Both the position numbers and the translations under genes were made by a program. Below the pieces are notes generated by a model. That model searched no databases. It saw only the letters and a list, made by a program, of their open reading frames with translations, and was not told the DNA's origin. From assembly GCA_964350645.1 (NCBI GenBank), contig CAYGJY010000001.1, positions 399,939-463,938 of the forward strand: DNA of 64,000 nt, in the 5' to 3' direction. Numbering within the stretch: the first letter of the stretch is position 1; every line of letters begins with the position of its first letter. Origin of the DNA: an uncultured Candidatus Saccharibacteria bacterium (lineage in GTDB: Bacteria > Patescibacteriota > Minisyncoccia > Phycocordibacterales > UBA918). Shown here one piece after another: positions 34,145-43,419 of this stretch.

Positions 34145-36049
34145 TTAACCTGTCCAGTTGAAAAGGAGAATCGAGAAGTCGGTCAACGACACCGTGCCAT
34201 CGCCGTTAATATCAGCTGGTGGATCAGAATCTCCACCTGCCCCGCCCCACCAGAAAAGTAAAATTGAGAAGTCGATCAGGTTAACACTGCCATCTCGATT
34301 TAGGTCAGGACTTAATTGCTGATCAGCTTCTTGTCCGACACCATAGTACGTATAGTTTGAAAAGTTAGTAGAAACTCCGCCTGACTGTACTGCCCTAGCA
34401 CGTACTTTATAGGTACCCTGAGTAAACCCAGCTGTGCTAATAACCGTAGACCACGCTCCCGAGCTGTTTGAAGTTGTTGTAAATGATTTGAGTGATAGAG
34501 CGGTTTTGTCGTTTTGATTTTCAACCGTTATGGTTGCATCCGGGATCGCAAATCCACTCACCGTCACTTGCGAACCGATTTCTACTGGATCAGGTCGAAC
34601 TAATATAGTGGGCATCACGTTTACGTTGGAGAGACTTGAAGTACGAGCTCCTTGCACTGAAAAGGACGTGCTAAAAGTACTCGACTTAATATTATTATCA
34701 TCAGTTGCGTACACACCAAAGGTATAGACACCGCGAGCTATTTCATCAATTGTGGCCGTAAATTCACCCCTATTATTTGCTCGCACTGTCTCAGCAATCT
34801 GCCCGTCAACCAAAATAGTAACATCTGCACTCGGGAACGAATATCCGTTAATGATTACCCGTCCATCTCCGCTACGAAAAGGGGCATCAGTACTTTCAAA
34901 GCCTCCACCACCACCTGAAGATGAATTTGATCCAGATCCTCCTCCACCTCCACCGCCTGAACCACCACCACCTGAGGTACTTCCACTAGTGCTAGCATCA
35001 CCGTCACTACCGCCAGTTTGTCCACCACCGCCATCTCCACTACCACTACCATCATTACCGCTACCAGTTCCATCACCGTCTACGTCACCCTCAGTATTCG
35101 GATCACCTTCGGGCACATCAAGAATCGTAAACGAGATTTCATAGTCGTCGATGTTAATGTTCCCTTCATCATCACGGCAACGTACATAGTATGTATATGA
35201 TGTGTTATTTGCTAAGCCTACAATCAGTTGCACATGTACAATTGAACCAGTGGTTTGGAATGTATCAGTCATAGCTGTAAATTCAACTCCCGGAGTAAGA
35301 CTATACCGACAAGCGGCAAACTCATTAGTTTCTAGCGAGAGTTCAACTGACAACGTGGTACCTCCGACATTACCTGTAGGCGCTCCGTTAAAGCGCTCAG
35401 GAGGGATCTCCTCAGTCGTATCAATTGGTCCCAGCGTTACTTCGTCAACTAGCGCAATTACAAAATTTGCATAGGCTGCTTGTGCACCACCCCCAATAGT
35501 AATTCTTGGTTTGTGTGTACCGGTAGTTGAGGCGTTTAATATCCCGATATCTTGCCCTAATGTTGTTGTCCCCGTAGAGGTACTAAAGACTGTATTACCG
35601 TTTCCTGCCCCTGAAGTATTAGTCCCAATTAACAACTGAACCTGGTCGCCACTAGTAATGCCAGTAGATGGATTAAGCGTGTACCTAATGGCCCCAGGCG
35701 TACCCGGAGTAATCAATACTGTGTCAGTAGTAGCATTGCCAACTGCTGCTGCTGTGCGCGCTGCACCATTTACCAACACCTCAACATTTCTAGCAGAAAA
35801 TGAAGAGGTAGATACAATCGTAAAGCCTGGCGGGGGCGTGAATTCAATATAACCACCAGGTGCAATTGACGTATCAATAGTAAATTCTAAATTATGATTT
35901 GAGTAGTCACCGGGAGTCGAATCTGAGATTGTGTCTCGATACGAAGAAATATTAAGCGCCTGTGCGACTGAACTGCCAAGCATGAAAAGTATCCCGAACA
36001 CCAGGAATGGTAAAACTATTTTTGCAACTTGTGAGAATCTACTACTCAT
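34145..36049 (-). CDS. Secreted dockerin protein: 'SNH' domain, Fn3-like domain, Gly/Ser linker, two Ig-like domains, C-terminal dockerin
   Basis: DTISDSTPGDYSNHNLEF; YTYYVRCRDDEGN; poly-G/S linker; DLNRDGSVNLIDFSILL..DINGDGTVSLTDFSILLFNWTG. Confidence 0.85.
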   Translation of the reverse strand: MSSRFSQVAKIVLPFLVFGILFMLGSSVAQALNISSYRDTISDSTPGDYSNHNLEFTIDTSIAPGGYIEFTPPPGFTIVSTSSFSARNVEVLVNGAARTAAAVGNATTDTVLITPGTPGAIRYTLNPSTGITSGDQVQLLIGTNTSGAGNGNTVFSTSTGTTTLGQDIGILNASTTGTHKPRITIGGGAQAAYANFVIALVDEVTLGPIDTTEEIPPERFNGAPTGNVGGTTLSVELSLETNEFAACRYSLTPGVEFTAMTDTFQTTGSIVHVQLIVGLANNTSYTYYVRCRDDEGNINIDDYEISFTILDVPEGDPNTEGDVDGDGTGSGNDGSGSGDGGGGQTGGSDGDASTSGSTSGGGGSGGGGGGGSGSNSSSGGGGGFESTDAPFRSGDGRVIINGYSFPSADVTILVDGQIAETVRANNRGEFTATIDEIARGVYTFGVYATDDNNIKSSTFSTSFSVQGARTSSLSNVNVMPTILVRPDPVEIGSQVTVSGFAIPDATITVENQNDKTALSLKSFTTTSNSSGAWSTVISTAGFTQGTYKVRARAVQSGGVSTNFSNYTYYGVGQEADQQLSPDLNRDGSVNLIDFSILLFWWGGAGGDSDPPADINGDGTVSLTDFSILLFNWTG

Positions 36050-36054
36050 ACTCT

Positions 36055-36855
36055 TTATTGTACACAGCGAAAGCCAATCGCTGCACCCTGCATCGTTGGT
36101 AACGTAGCAGCGTGCACGCTATGCACCCCTGCATCATTACCACTACCATAAAACCCGCCACGCATCATAGCGAATGCCCCCTCCGCTTCAGACCAGACGT
36201 AATCTGCAAAAAATTGTTCAACCGGGGTACTGCTACTCATCGTTGCTACCCCGCCACGATCAACCTGACTTACGTATCCACTGTCTGGCAGCAGTCGGCC
36301 ATTATAAACACCGTCAAAAATATCGTCGTGGGTCCACTCCCACACATTACCGATCGCATCATAAGCCCCGATAGCCGAGCGGCACCCATCTGAACTACCG
36401 GTTTCAGCGATCGATCGAGTATCAGTGTTGCAAACGTCTGTATCAGGTGTACCAACTGCAAGTAACTGCCATTCTTCACTTGTTGGCAAGCGCTTTCCGG
36501 CTCGAACACACGCCAATTGGGCTGATTCACGATCAACATGGCGCCAAGGCTCTACTTCTGCTTTTGAGTCAGCCCAACAGGCGGTGTCGGTCAAATTTTT
36601 CTGGGTATCAAATTGGTTCATTGGTTGCACAACAGGGCATTCTTCATTGGGAGAAGCTTCATACTGGTCTACACACCGAAAGGTAGTAGCGGCCGGAACC
36701 GTCAGCATGCCTGCTGGGCAGGTTCCGGCCGTACTCCCCGCCAGCTGTCCTAGCAACGTGCCGCTCGTGCCTTGCAGGGTATCAGCCGCATCAATTCCAA
36801 GCGCAGTAATCACCACCGCACCAAAAATAACGCCCCCGGCTTTAAGCCATTTCAT
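36055..36855 (-). CDS. FGE-sulfatase/C-type-lectin-fold protein with N-terminal membrane anchor (paralog 1)
   Basis: CPAGM, CVDQYEAS, GKRLPTSEEW, YDAIGNVWEW, RGG, IGFRCV. Confidence 0.88.
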   Translation of the reverse strand: MKWLKAGGVIFGAVVITALGIDAADTLQGTSGTLLGQLAGSTAGTCPAGMLTVPAATTFRCVDQYEASPNEECPVVQPMNQFDTQKNLTDTACWADSKAEVEPWRHVDRESAQLACVRAGKRLPTSEEWQLLAVGTPDTDVCNTDTRSIAETGSSDGCRSAIGAYDAIGNVWEWTHDDIFDGVYNGRLLPDSGYVSQVDRGGVATMSSSTPVEQFFADYVWSEAEGAFAMMRGGFYGSGNDAGVHSVHAATLPTMQGAAIGFRCVQ

Positions 36856-36900
36856 AGCTTTATTATACGCGCTGTAAACTAAGAAATAGTGAGTATTCCC

Positions 36901-37776
36901 CTAATGTAGCAGAGCTAAGGCTGCGATGGATAATATGATGGCCGTTACTTTTCGTGCGTTCCAGTGTTCGTTGTAGAAAATGATGGAAAGGATGATAGGG
37001 ATGAGGATGTAAAGCGAATTTATGGTGTACACAATGCCGAGTGGGCCTCCATGACCATACGCGTACACTCCGCTACCGACACCGATACTAATACTGACAG
37101 CACGCCAAGAAATGAACCACATATACGACCGTGTGAAAATTTCTGCCGATACAATCGTTTTTTTCTTTATAAAAGCTGCGACGCCAGAACCCACCAGAAC
37201 CCCAGCCTGCATACATAACAAAACCCAAAACACCACATCACCCAAACCAGTGGCATACTTCTGTAATACAGCTGCCATCGTCGTTAGAACTGCAGTTACC
37301 CCAATTAATACTAACCCGAGACGCAAATTTGTCTGCCGGCTATTTTCAGCTGCTGAGATCAGCAATAATGGCACAATCAAACTGAGGATTAGCCCGACCC
37401 ATTCAATATTCGTAAAGGATTCTTGAAATAAAACAATTCCAAAAATAACTGCCAAGAATGGCGACGCCACTTTAAAAAGAGGAAAATAAATAGACGAATC
37501 AATACTTCGAAGGGCTGCAATTTTTAGAGTTGCCGAGATAGATATAATTAGTCCAGATAAAAAAGAGACAGCTGTCACTACAGGTGTCAGCACAGCAATT
37601 CCATCTACAACAAAAGCCAATGGCACAAAAATTATCAGTGTCAAAATACTCGATGTAAAGACAAGCGCTGACGAATGATAATTACGGTGGGCCGCTACTT
37701 TTATAGAAAAAGCACCAATCCCACCAAACAAAGCTGAGGAAAGCGCTGCTACAAACCACAATTCCATCCCAAACAT
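36901..37776 (-). CDS. EamA/DMT-family transporter (paralog A)
   Basis: About 10 TM helices in two halves; GIVLFQESF, IIFYNEHWNARK. Confidence 0.85.
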   Translation of the reverse strand: MFGMELWFVAALSSALFGGIGAFSIKVAAHRNYHSSALVFTSSILTLIIFVPLAFVVDGIAVLTPVVTAVSFLSGLIISISATLKIAALRSIDSSIYFPLFKVASPFLAVIFGIVLFQESFTNIEWVGLILSLIVPLLLISAAENSRQTNLRLGLVLIGVTAVLTTMAAVLQKYATGLGDVVFWVLLCMQAGVLVGSGVAAFIKKKTIVSAEIFTRSYMWFISWRAVSISIGVGSGVYAYGHGGPLGIVYTINSLYILIPIILSIIFYNEHWNARKVTAIILSIAALALLH

Positions 37777-37782
37777 ATCCGT

Positions 37783-38664
37783 CTAGTGTAGCAGACCCAG
37801 CGCTGCGATGGATAATACAATAGCGGCTACTTTGCGGGCGTTCCAGTGTTCGTTGTAGAAGATAATTGAAAGCACAATTGGGATGAGGATGTAGAGTGAC
37901 TGGATAGTATAGACAATCCCAAATGGACCATACAAAAATGCAAAAAAGAGAGCCCCTACTCCGCCAGCATTAAACAGACCCATGAACAGAGAGAAACCAA
38001 CAAAGCTAGGGGTGATACTAACTAATACAGAACCATCAAGCTTTGACCTATTTTTATAAATAGTAAGAACTGTGGCGCCAATTGCTGTAGCCAGCGTAGC
38101 TACGGCAGTAAACAACCAAACATTACTTACTGCGTCGACACCAAATTTTGAAATTGCAGCTACTATCAAGGCAACGAGCGAAGCCAGTACTAAGAGTTGC
38201 AGTCCACGAATCAGGTTTTTCTGTCGCGACTGTTCCGCATTTGTGACAAGAAATAGTGGGACCAGGATGCTGATACCAAGTCCAATAACTTCAGTTGTTG
38301 TAAAGCGTTCACCCAACCACAAAATCCCAAATAAAACTGCCAGCAACGGCGTCAATGTTTTGTAGATTGGGTAAAAAATTGCGGTATCAATACACTGCAG
38401 CCCCTTATGCCTAATCATGTTACCAATCAAATATAGTAAACCTGAGGCCAGGGCATATAAAAAAAGTTCGAGTGTAAAACCACTATAATCAGACCAGAAG
38501 AAAGTAGCTACAAACAAGAGCAGTGCCGAGAAATACATCGGCACAGTGTTTACGAGCACAACATCATAATCTCTTTCTACTCCAACTTTTACAAGAAAAA
38601 CAAACAATCCGCCGGAAATAGCGGAGATAATAGTGAGAACAAACCACAATTCCATCCCAAACAT
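37783..38664 (-). CDS. EamA/DMT-family transporter (paralog B)
   Basis: About 10 TM helices; GILWLGERF, IIFYNEHWNARK. Confidence 0.85.
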   Translation of the reverse strand: MFGMELWFVLTIISAISGGLFVFLVKVGVERDYDVVLVNTVPMYFSALLLFVATFFWSDYSGFTLELFLYALASGLLYLIGNMIRHKGLQCIDTAIFYPIYKTLTPLLAVLFGILWLGERFTTTEVIGLGISILVPLFLVTNAEQSRQKNLIRGLQLLVLASLVALIVAAISKFGVDAVSNVWLFTAVATLATAIGATVLTIYKNRSKLDGSVLVSITPSFVGFSLFMGLFNAGGVGALFFAFLYGPFGIVYTIQSLYILIPIVLSIIFYNEHWNARKVAAIVLSIAALGLLH

Positions 38665-38670
38665 ATTTGC

Positions 38671-39546
38671 TTAGTGTAACAGACCTAACGCCGCGATGGA
38701 TAATATTATGGCTGCTATTTTGCGGGCGTTCCAGTGTTCGTTGTAGAAAATGATGGAGAGGATGATTGGAATGAGGATGTAGAGGGAGTTGATAGTATAA
38801 ACAATGCCAAGTGGGCCGTCGGCAATAGCAAACACCAAGGTCGCAAAGCCAGTTACTTGGAATAAAGACATCCAGGCAATCAGCGTAAGAAACTCTGTGT
38901 TTTTTAATTTTTGTAATCGAACTATCAATGGTTGTTTTGTTTTCTGAATCAGCAAAATTGTCATCCCTGCCACAGCTACACCCAGATCAGTTAAGAAAAT
39001 AAATAACCACGTATTTTCAGTGCCACCAGTGCCATATTTAATACTAATGGTCGCAATCACTGCCAAAAATGCAGCTCCGAGGAGTAATCGAAGACCACGC
39101 ACTAAATCTCTTTGTCTTGATTTTTCAGCTTTAGAAATAAGTAATAATGGAACTAATAAACTTAGCACTAAGCCTATCCATTCAATAGGAGTAAAAGTTT
39201 CAGCAAACAAAAAGATACCAGCAATAATGGTCAAAGCGGGTGTAATCGTTTTATAAATTGGGTAATAAATAGCCGTATCTATACACTGCATAGCATTATG
39301 GCGCAGTATATTTACCCACATGTAACTTACTGAATTGACGATTGCCACCACAAGCATCAGTCGACTAAAACCAGTAAAATCGCTAAATATCAATGTGGCA
39401 AAGAAAAATAATATTGCAGAAGCGGTCAGTGAGGCTGTGCTCATCAAAACTACATCATAATTGCGTTCAGCAGCAATCTTGGTAATAAAAATAAACAAAC
39501 CGCCCAAGATGGCGGAAAGCACGGAAAGTAAAAACCATAATTCCAT
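38671..39546 (-). CDS. EamA/DMT-family transporter (paralog C)
   Basis: Start re-assigned to ATG 39546 (MELWF, matching the paralogs; TATACT 6 nt upstream). Confidence 0.85.
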   Translation of the reverse strand: MELWFLLSVLSAILGGLFIFITKIAAERNYDVVLMSTASLTASAILFFFATLIFSDFTGFSRLMLVVAIVNSVSYMWVNILRHNAMQCIDTAIYYPIYKTITPALTIIAGIFLFAETFTPIEWIGLVLSLLVPLLLISKAEKSRQRDLVRGLRLLLGAAFLAVIATISIKYGTGGTENTWLFIFLTDLGVAVAGMTILLIQKTKQPLIVRLQKLKNTEFLTLIAWMSLFQVTGFATLVFAIADGPLGIVYTINSLYILIPIILSIIFYNEHWNARKIAAIILSIAALGLLH

Positions 39547-39586
39547 AGAAAGAGTATAACTGAAAATTGCTTGATATACTGTAGTT

Positions 39587-40171
39587 ATGAACTGCACGTA
39601 TATCACTGGTAACCCTGAGAAAGCCAAGCGCTTCAGCAGACACCTCGGTATGGAGTTGGCACATCAAGCGCTTGATATCCCTGAGATTCAGTCGCTGTCG
39701 ATTGATGAGGTGGTGGAAGCGAAAGCGCGAAGCGCCTTCGCTTCCCTAGGCTCACCGGTAATTGTTGAGGACACCGCCCTCACCTTCACTGCTCTAGGTC
39801 AGCTCCCTGGCACATTTATTAAGTTCTTTTTAGACTCAATGTCTATCGAGGAAATCACACAGCTAGTCCCAGCAGATAATCGAACTGCCTACTGTGAAGT
39901 AGCTATTGCGTATTACGACGGTGACCGTCTAGAGGTTGCAAAAAGTCATGTTCCTGGAACAATCGCGGAAGCACCCCGAGGAACTGGTGGCTTCGGCTGG
40001 GATGCAATCTTTATTACCGACGAACATCCTCATCAGACCATGGCTGAACTCTCAGAAACTGAGTATGAAACCATATATGCCAAAACGATAAAACCGTTTA
40101 CCGCCCTACGCAAAATATTAGATTCACTGTCTAAAGATCAAATACACAGCGAAAACCAATTGCACCACTAG
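39587..40171 (+). CDS. rdgB: Ham1/ITPase-family non-canonical purine NTP pyrophosphatase
   Basis: ITGNPEK, PEIQS, VEDTAL, LPGTFIKFF, GFGWDAIF; the C-terminal SHR motif is absent. Confidence 0.8.
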   Translation: MNCTYITGNPEKAKRFSRHLGMELAHQALDIPEIQSLSIDEVVEAKARSAFASLGSPVIVEDTALTFTALGQLPGTFIKFFLDSMSIEEITQLVPADNRTAYCEVAIAYYDGDRLEVAKSHVPGTIAEAPRGTGGFGWDAIFITDEHPHQTMAELSETEYETIYAKTIKPFTALRKILDSLSKDQIHSENQLHH

Positions 40172-40952
40172 AAAACGACGGGCTTGTCTTCAAGTGGGCA
40201 CTATATATACCAGCATCTTCCCCACTTCCGTAAAATCCACCGCGCAGTAGGGTGTAATTACCTACTTGGTCAGACCAGAAATAATCATTGTTATAGAGAT
40301 CATTTGGTGTATCACTGGTAGCAGCAGCGATGCCAGTCATATCAGCCTCAGTGACGTAACCTTGCTGAGGCACTGGTCGAGCGTTATATGTGCCTTCAGA
40401 TATTTCTTCATCTACCCATTCCCAGGCATTACCAATCATGTCGTACACCCCTCTAGCTGAGATACACGTTACCCCATTACCAGCTACTTGTAATGAACCA
40501 TTGCCAATGTTGCAGGCGTCTGTATCGGGAGTACCTAGGGCGGCTTCATACCACTCAAGACTTGTCGGCAACCGCATTTCTCTTGCAGCACATAGTTCTT
40601 TAGCTTGATGAAAGGTGACCTGTACCCACGGCAACTGCTTAGGGACTGACTCTGCCCAGCAATCTTCAGACCCAAGATTTAACTTAGTATCCAAAGCAGA
40701 ATTTGGGATTTGCATTGGACAATCTATATATGGACTAACTTCATACTGATCAATACAAAAATATCTTTCACCCAAGCTCACTTCTGCCATTCCTTCTGGA
40801 CAGGTGGCCTTAATACTATTTTGTACTAGACTGCTCAAGGCTGAATTTGAGCCGCGCAGTGCATCAGTCGCATCAATACCAAGACTGGTAAGAACAACGA
40901 TGCCAACAGTCACTAACAAAAAGCGTAGCGAGTTTTTAATAACCTTCCCCAT
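40131..40952 (-). CDS. FGE-sulfatase/C-type-lectin-fold protein (paralog 2)
   Basis: CPEGM, FCIDQYE, MRLPTSLEW, YDMIGNAWEW, IGFRCV. Confidence 0.88.
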   Translation of the reverse strand: MGKVIKNSLRFLLVTVGIVVLTSLGIDATDALRGSNSALSSLVQNSIKATCPEGMAEVSLGERYFCIDQYEVSPYIDCPMQIPNSALDTKLNLGSEDCWAESVPKQLPWVQVTFHQAKELCAAREMRLPTSLEWYEAALGTPDTDACNIGNGSLQVAGNGVTCISARGVYDMIGNAWEWVDEEISEGTYNARPVPQQGYVTEADMTGIAAATSDTPNDLYNNDYFWSDQVGNYTLLRGGFYGSGEDAGIYSAHLKTSPSFSSGAIGFRCVFDL

Positions 40953-40983
40953 GTACGTACAGTATAGCTAACCTAAACTCATC

Positions 40984-41793
40984 TTAGATATCTTGTACAC
41001 AGCGGAAACCCACTCCTGCAGTTTTAAAGTTGAGGTCGACAGCGGCGTTTAAGGTAAACAGTCCAGCATCCGCCTGACTACCATAAAAACCACCACGCAG
41101 AATTCCACGAACCCCATTATCACTCGTCCAAGCGTAATCTTCACCATATTCTGCAGCTGGCAAGGGTGCTGTTTCTAACACCACTCCATTTGTATCCACT
41201 AAGGATACATAGCCTGAAGATGGGAGGTCTCGGTTTTCATACTGACCATCAATCACCTGACCGTCTACCCATTCCCAGACATTGCCTACCATGTCGTGAA
41301 TACCTGAAGGTGTTTCACATTCGCTAGCACCGGTTAATTGCACATCATCTTCGGTGAGACCTATCGCACACTGACTGACATCACTCATACCTAGCACTGC
41401 TTTATACCATTCTTCGTTACTTGGTAATCGTTTACCTGACCGTGCGCACAGTTGTTGTGCCTGTGTAACACTGACAAAGCGCCACGGTGTCACTCCAGCC
41501 GCAGACTGCGACGTACACGTTACATCAGTGAGATTTCTCAGTGTATCGATTTCATTCTGTGGGTCATTCACAACGCAACTCGGCGCTGGACTTGCTTCAT
41601 ACGTATCTACACATAAAGCGTGATCACCAAGCTGTAAGATCACTGCCGAATCACCACAAATGCCGCCACTTTGATTCACTAAACCGACTAAATTTCCATC
41701 AAGCCCCCGCAACACATCACTTGCGTTTATTGCTAACGTAGAAAATCCAATTGCTCCTACTACAACGAGAACCGATTTAAGCCGGCGATTCAT
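40984..41793 (-). CDS. FGE-sulfatase/C-type-lectin-fold protein (paralog 3)
   Basis: LCVDTYEAS, GKRLPSNEEW, HDMVGNVWEW, VGFRCV. Confidence 0.88.
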   Translation of the reverse strand: MNRRLKSVLVVVGAIGFSTLAINASDVLRGLDGNLVGLVNQSGGICGDSAVILQLGDHALCVDTYEASPAPSCVVNDPQNEIDTLRNLTDVTCTSQSAAGVTPWRFVSVTQAQQLCARSGKRLPSNEEWYKAVLGMSDVSQCAIGLTEDDVQLTGASECETPSGIHDMVGNVWEWVDGQVIDGQYENRDLPSSGYVSLVDTNGVVLETAPLPAAEYGEDYAWTSDNGVRGILRGGFYGSQADAGLFTLNAAVDLNFKTAGVGFRCVQDI

Positions 41794-42205
41794 CTTGGGG
41801 TAGATATGTTAAACGTCGATAGCGAGCAAAATCAAGTGCGTAATTGAGCACCAACATCACTACTATGATAAACAACACGAGACTCAAAATATATGTAGAA
41901 AGCTCATTTGATTGACCTCCAACTTCGCCACCACCAAGACCAACGTTCATCTCACGACTCGATAGCGCGGCTTCTCTGGCATCAAGATCACGCTGACGCT
42001 CTGTGAGCTGGGCGGTAAGGGTATTAAGTTCAGTTGGTGCTACTTGGGCCCCAACCCCAACCACGTTCGCCACATACAGTTGTGTCCCCTGCGAGAGCTG
42101 CTTGGTTAAAGGTGAAAGAAGACCACTGTCAAACAAGAGTACCAGAGCCAGAGTCAGAGCCGATATTCGCAAAAGCATATGATACGTAGTGTATTGCATC
42201 ATCAT
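41777..42205 (-). CDS. Small two-TM membrane protein with a central coiled coil
   Basis: Hydrophobic N- and C-terminal segments flank ELNTLTAQLTERQRDLDAREAAL; overlaps the next gene, suggesting an operon. Confidence 0.7.
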   Translation of the reverse strand: MMMQYTTYHMLLRISALTLALVLLFDSGLLSPLTKQLSQGTQLYVANVVGVGAQVAPTELNTLTAQLTERQRDLDAREAALSSREMNVGLGGGEVGGQSNELSTYILSLVLFIIVVMLVLNYALDFARYRRLTYLPQDESPA

Positions 42206-42223
42206 ACTTCTATACTATCAAGC

Positions 42224-43321
42224 TTATGCAAACAGAGCGAGTAAAATAATCAAGAACACTGCCGTAACTCCAAGCATCACTACCATCACGAGGAGTAATG
42301 TTGATGTACCGCCTGGTCGTTGTCGTTTTCTTTGAACTAACCGACGTCCGCCCGACATGGTTGCAACTGTTCGCCTGACATACATCCTGATCATGACATA
42401 GGTTGCTAACAACAGTATTCCGAGGATAATCAGTGCCGGGGTAATAATATTCATTGGCAAAATCCAAAATGATACAGTGCTTGAGATAGTAGCTTGACGA
42501 CCCGGCACGCCATAAACCATAGATAACACTGCCTCATAGCGACCAAATCCAAGACCGTCATCCTTCCAGGAAATTGAAAAATCTCGCTTGGTGAACGGGA
42601 ACACGCCGCCCTGTGAATCATTAATACTCAAATTAGCCACTCGCTCACCAAACATATTATAGATTTCTATCGGACCATACGGTCTGATCAAGACATTTCC
42701 TTTGTTTTCTACTTCAGCCATAAAATCTACGTTGGTACTACCGTAGATGAATTTATCAGTCCTAAATGAACGTATAATCGCAGATTCTTGAACTTCACCT
42801 GAAATCCGAATGCTGACAATGTTTGCTACTTCATACCCAACACTGGCACCAATCTGTCGTAGTTTAGGTGGCTGCATCGAAACAAAAATCCCTCCAAAGT
42901 GACTCCCTGGTGTAGCCGACTCGGGTACATTGATAGTAACTGGAATCGTCTGTTGCTCTTGTGGTTCGAGCGTTACTTCAGACAATGCAATATCAAGCCA
43001 TTCTGTTAATTCAAAACCAGTTTTTTCCTTGCCTGGCTCTGCATAGACTGGTGTACCACCGTCACGCACGGTTACAATGTCACGTTTGAATAGATAATAA
43101 GTTTGTACCTCAGTACTTAAGTTTGTGAGAGTTATCGAACGTTCTAAGACATCACCCGGATCAGCCCCTTCTTCTATCAATGACGGCTGCAATCCAATAC
43201 CTGATGTTGCCTGTGCATTAACTACAGTTGGTAATAAAAACAAAAAAAGTGCACAGCACAGTACAAGACGTTGTAAAAATGTCATAACAAAAATTACTGG
43301 TTTACCAAATTGTACCATCAT
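42224..43321 (-). CDS. DUF916/DUF3324-like (WxL-interacting, chaperone-like) membrane protein
   Basis: GIGLQPSLIE..PGD..ITLTN; W..VTLEPQEQQTIPVTINVPESATPGSHFGGI; ENKGNV; two C-terminal TM helices. Confidence 0.7.
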   Translation of the reverse strand: MMVQFGKPVIFVMTFLQRLVLCCALFLFLLPTVVNAQATSGIGLQPSLIEEGADPGDVLERSITLTNLSTEVQTYYLFKRDIVTVRDGGTPVYAEPGKEKTGFELTEWLDIALSEVTLEPQEQQTIPVTINVPESATPGSHFGGIFVSMQPPKLRQIGASVGYEVANIVSIRISGEVQESAIIRSFRTDKFIYGSTNVDFMAEVENKGNVLIRPYGPIEIYNMFGERVANLSINDSQGGVFPFTKRDFSISWKDDGLGFGRYEAVLSMVYGVPGRQATISSTVSFWILPMNIITPALIILGILLLATYVMIRMYVRRTVATMSGGRRLVQRKRQRPGGTSTLLLVMVVMLGVTAVFLIILLALFA

Positions 43322-43373
43322 TCAAAACCATCAAAACAAACTGATGTACATAAGCGTAAATACACTAACACAA

Positions 43374-43401
43374 CAAAAAAATCCCTTTCGGGATTTTTTT
43401 G
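43374..43401 (-). terminator. Intrinsic terminator after the 43420..44568 gene
   Basis: CAAAAAAATCCC-tttc-GGGATTTTTTTG (GAAA loop on the minus strand). Confidence 0.7.
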
Positions 43402-43419
43402 CAACTTTCAAGTGGTTAT

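Noticed and set aside
1-36049. True cellulosome
   Set aside because: No multi-cohesin scaffoldin is visible and no glycoside hydrolase carries a dockerin; the GH18 protein has none.
36055-41793. Diversity-generating retroelement targeting the FGE-fold genes
   Set aside because: There is no reverse transcriptase in the window, I found no near-identical TR/VR pair, and the paralog 3' ends differ at all base types rather than only at adenines. A remote DGR cannot be excluded.
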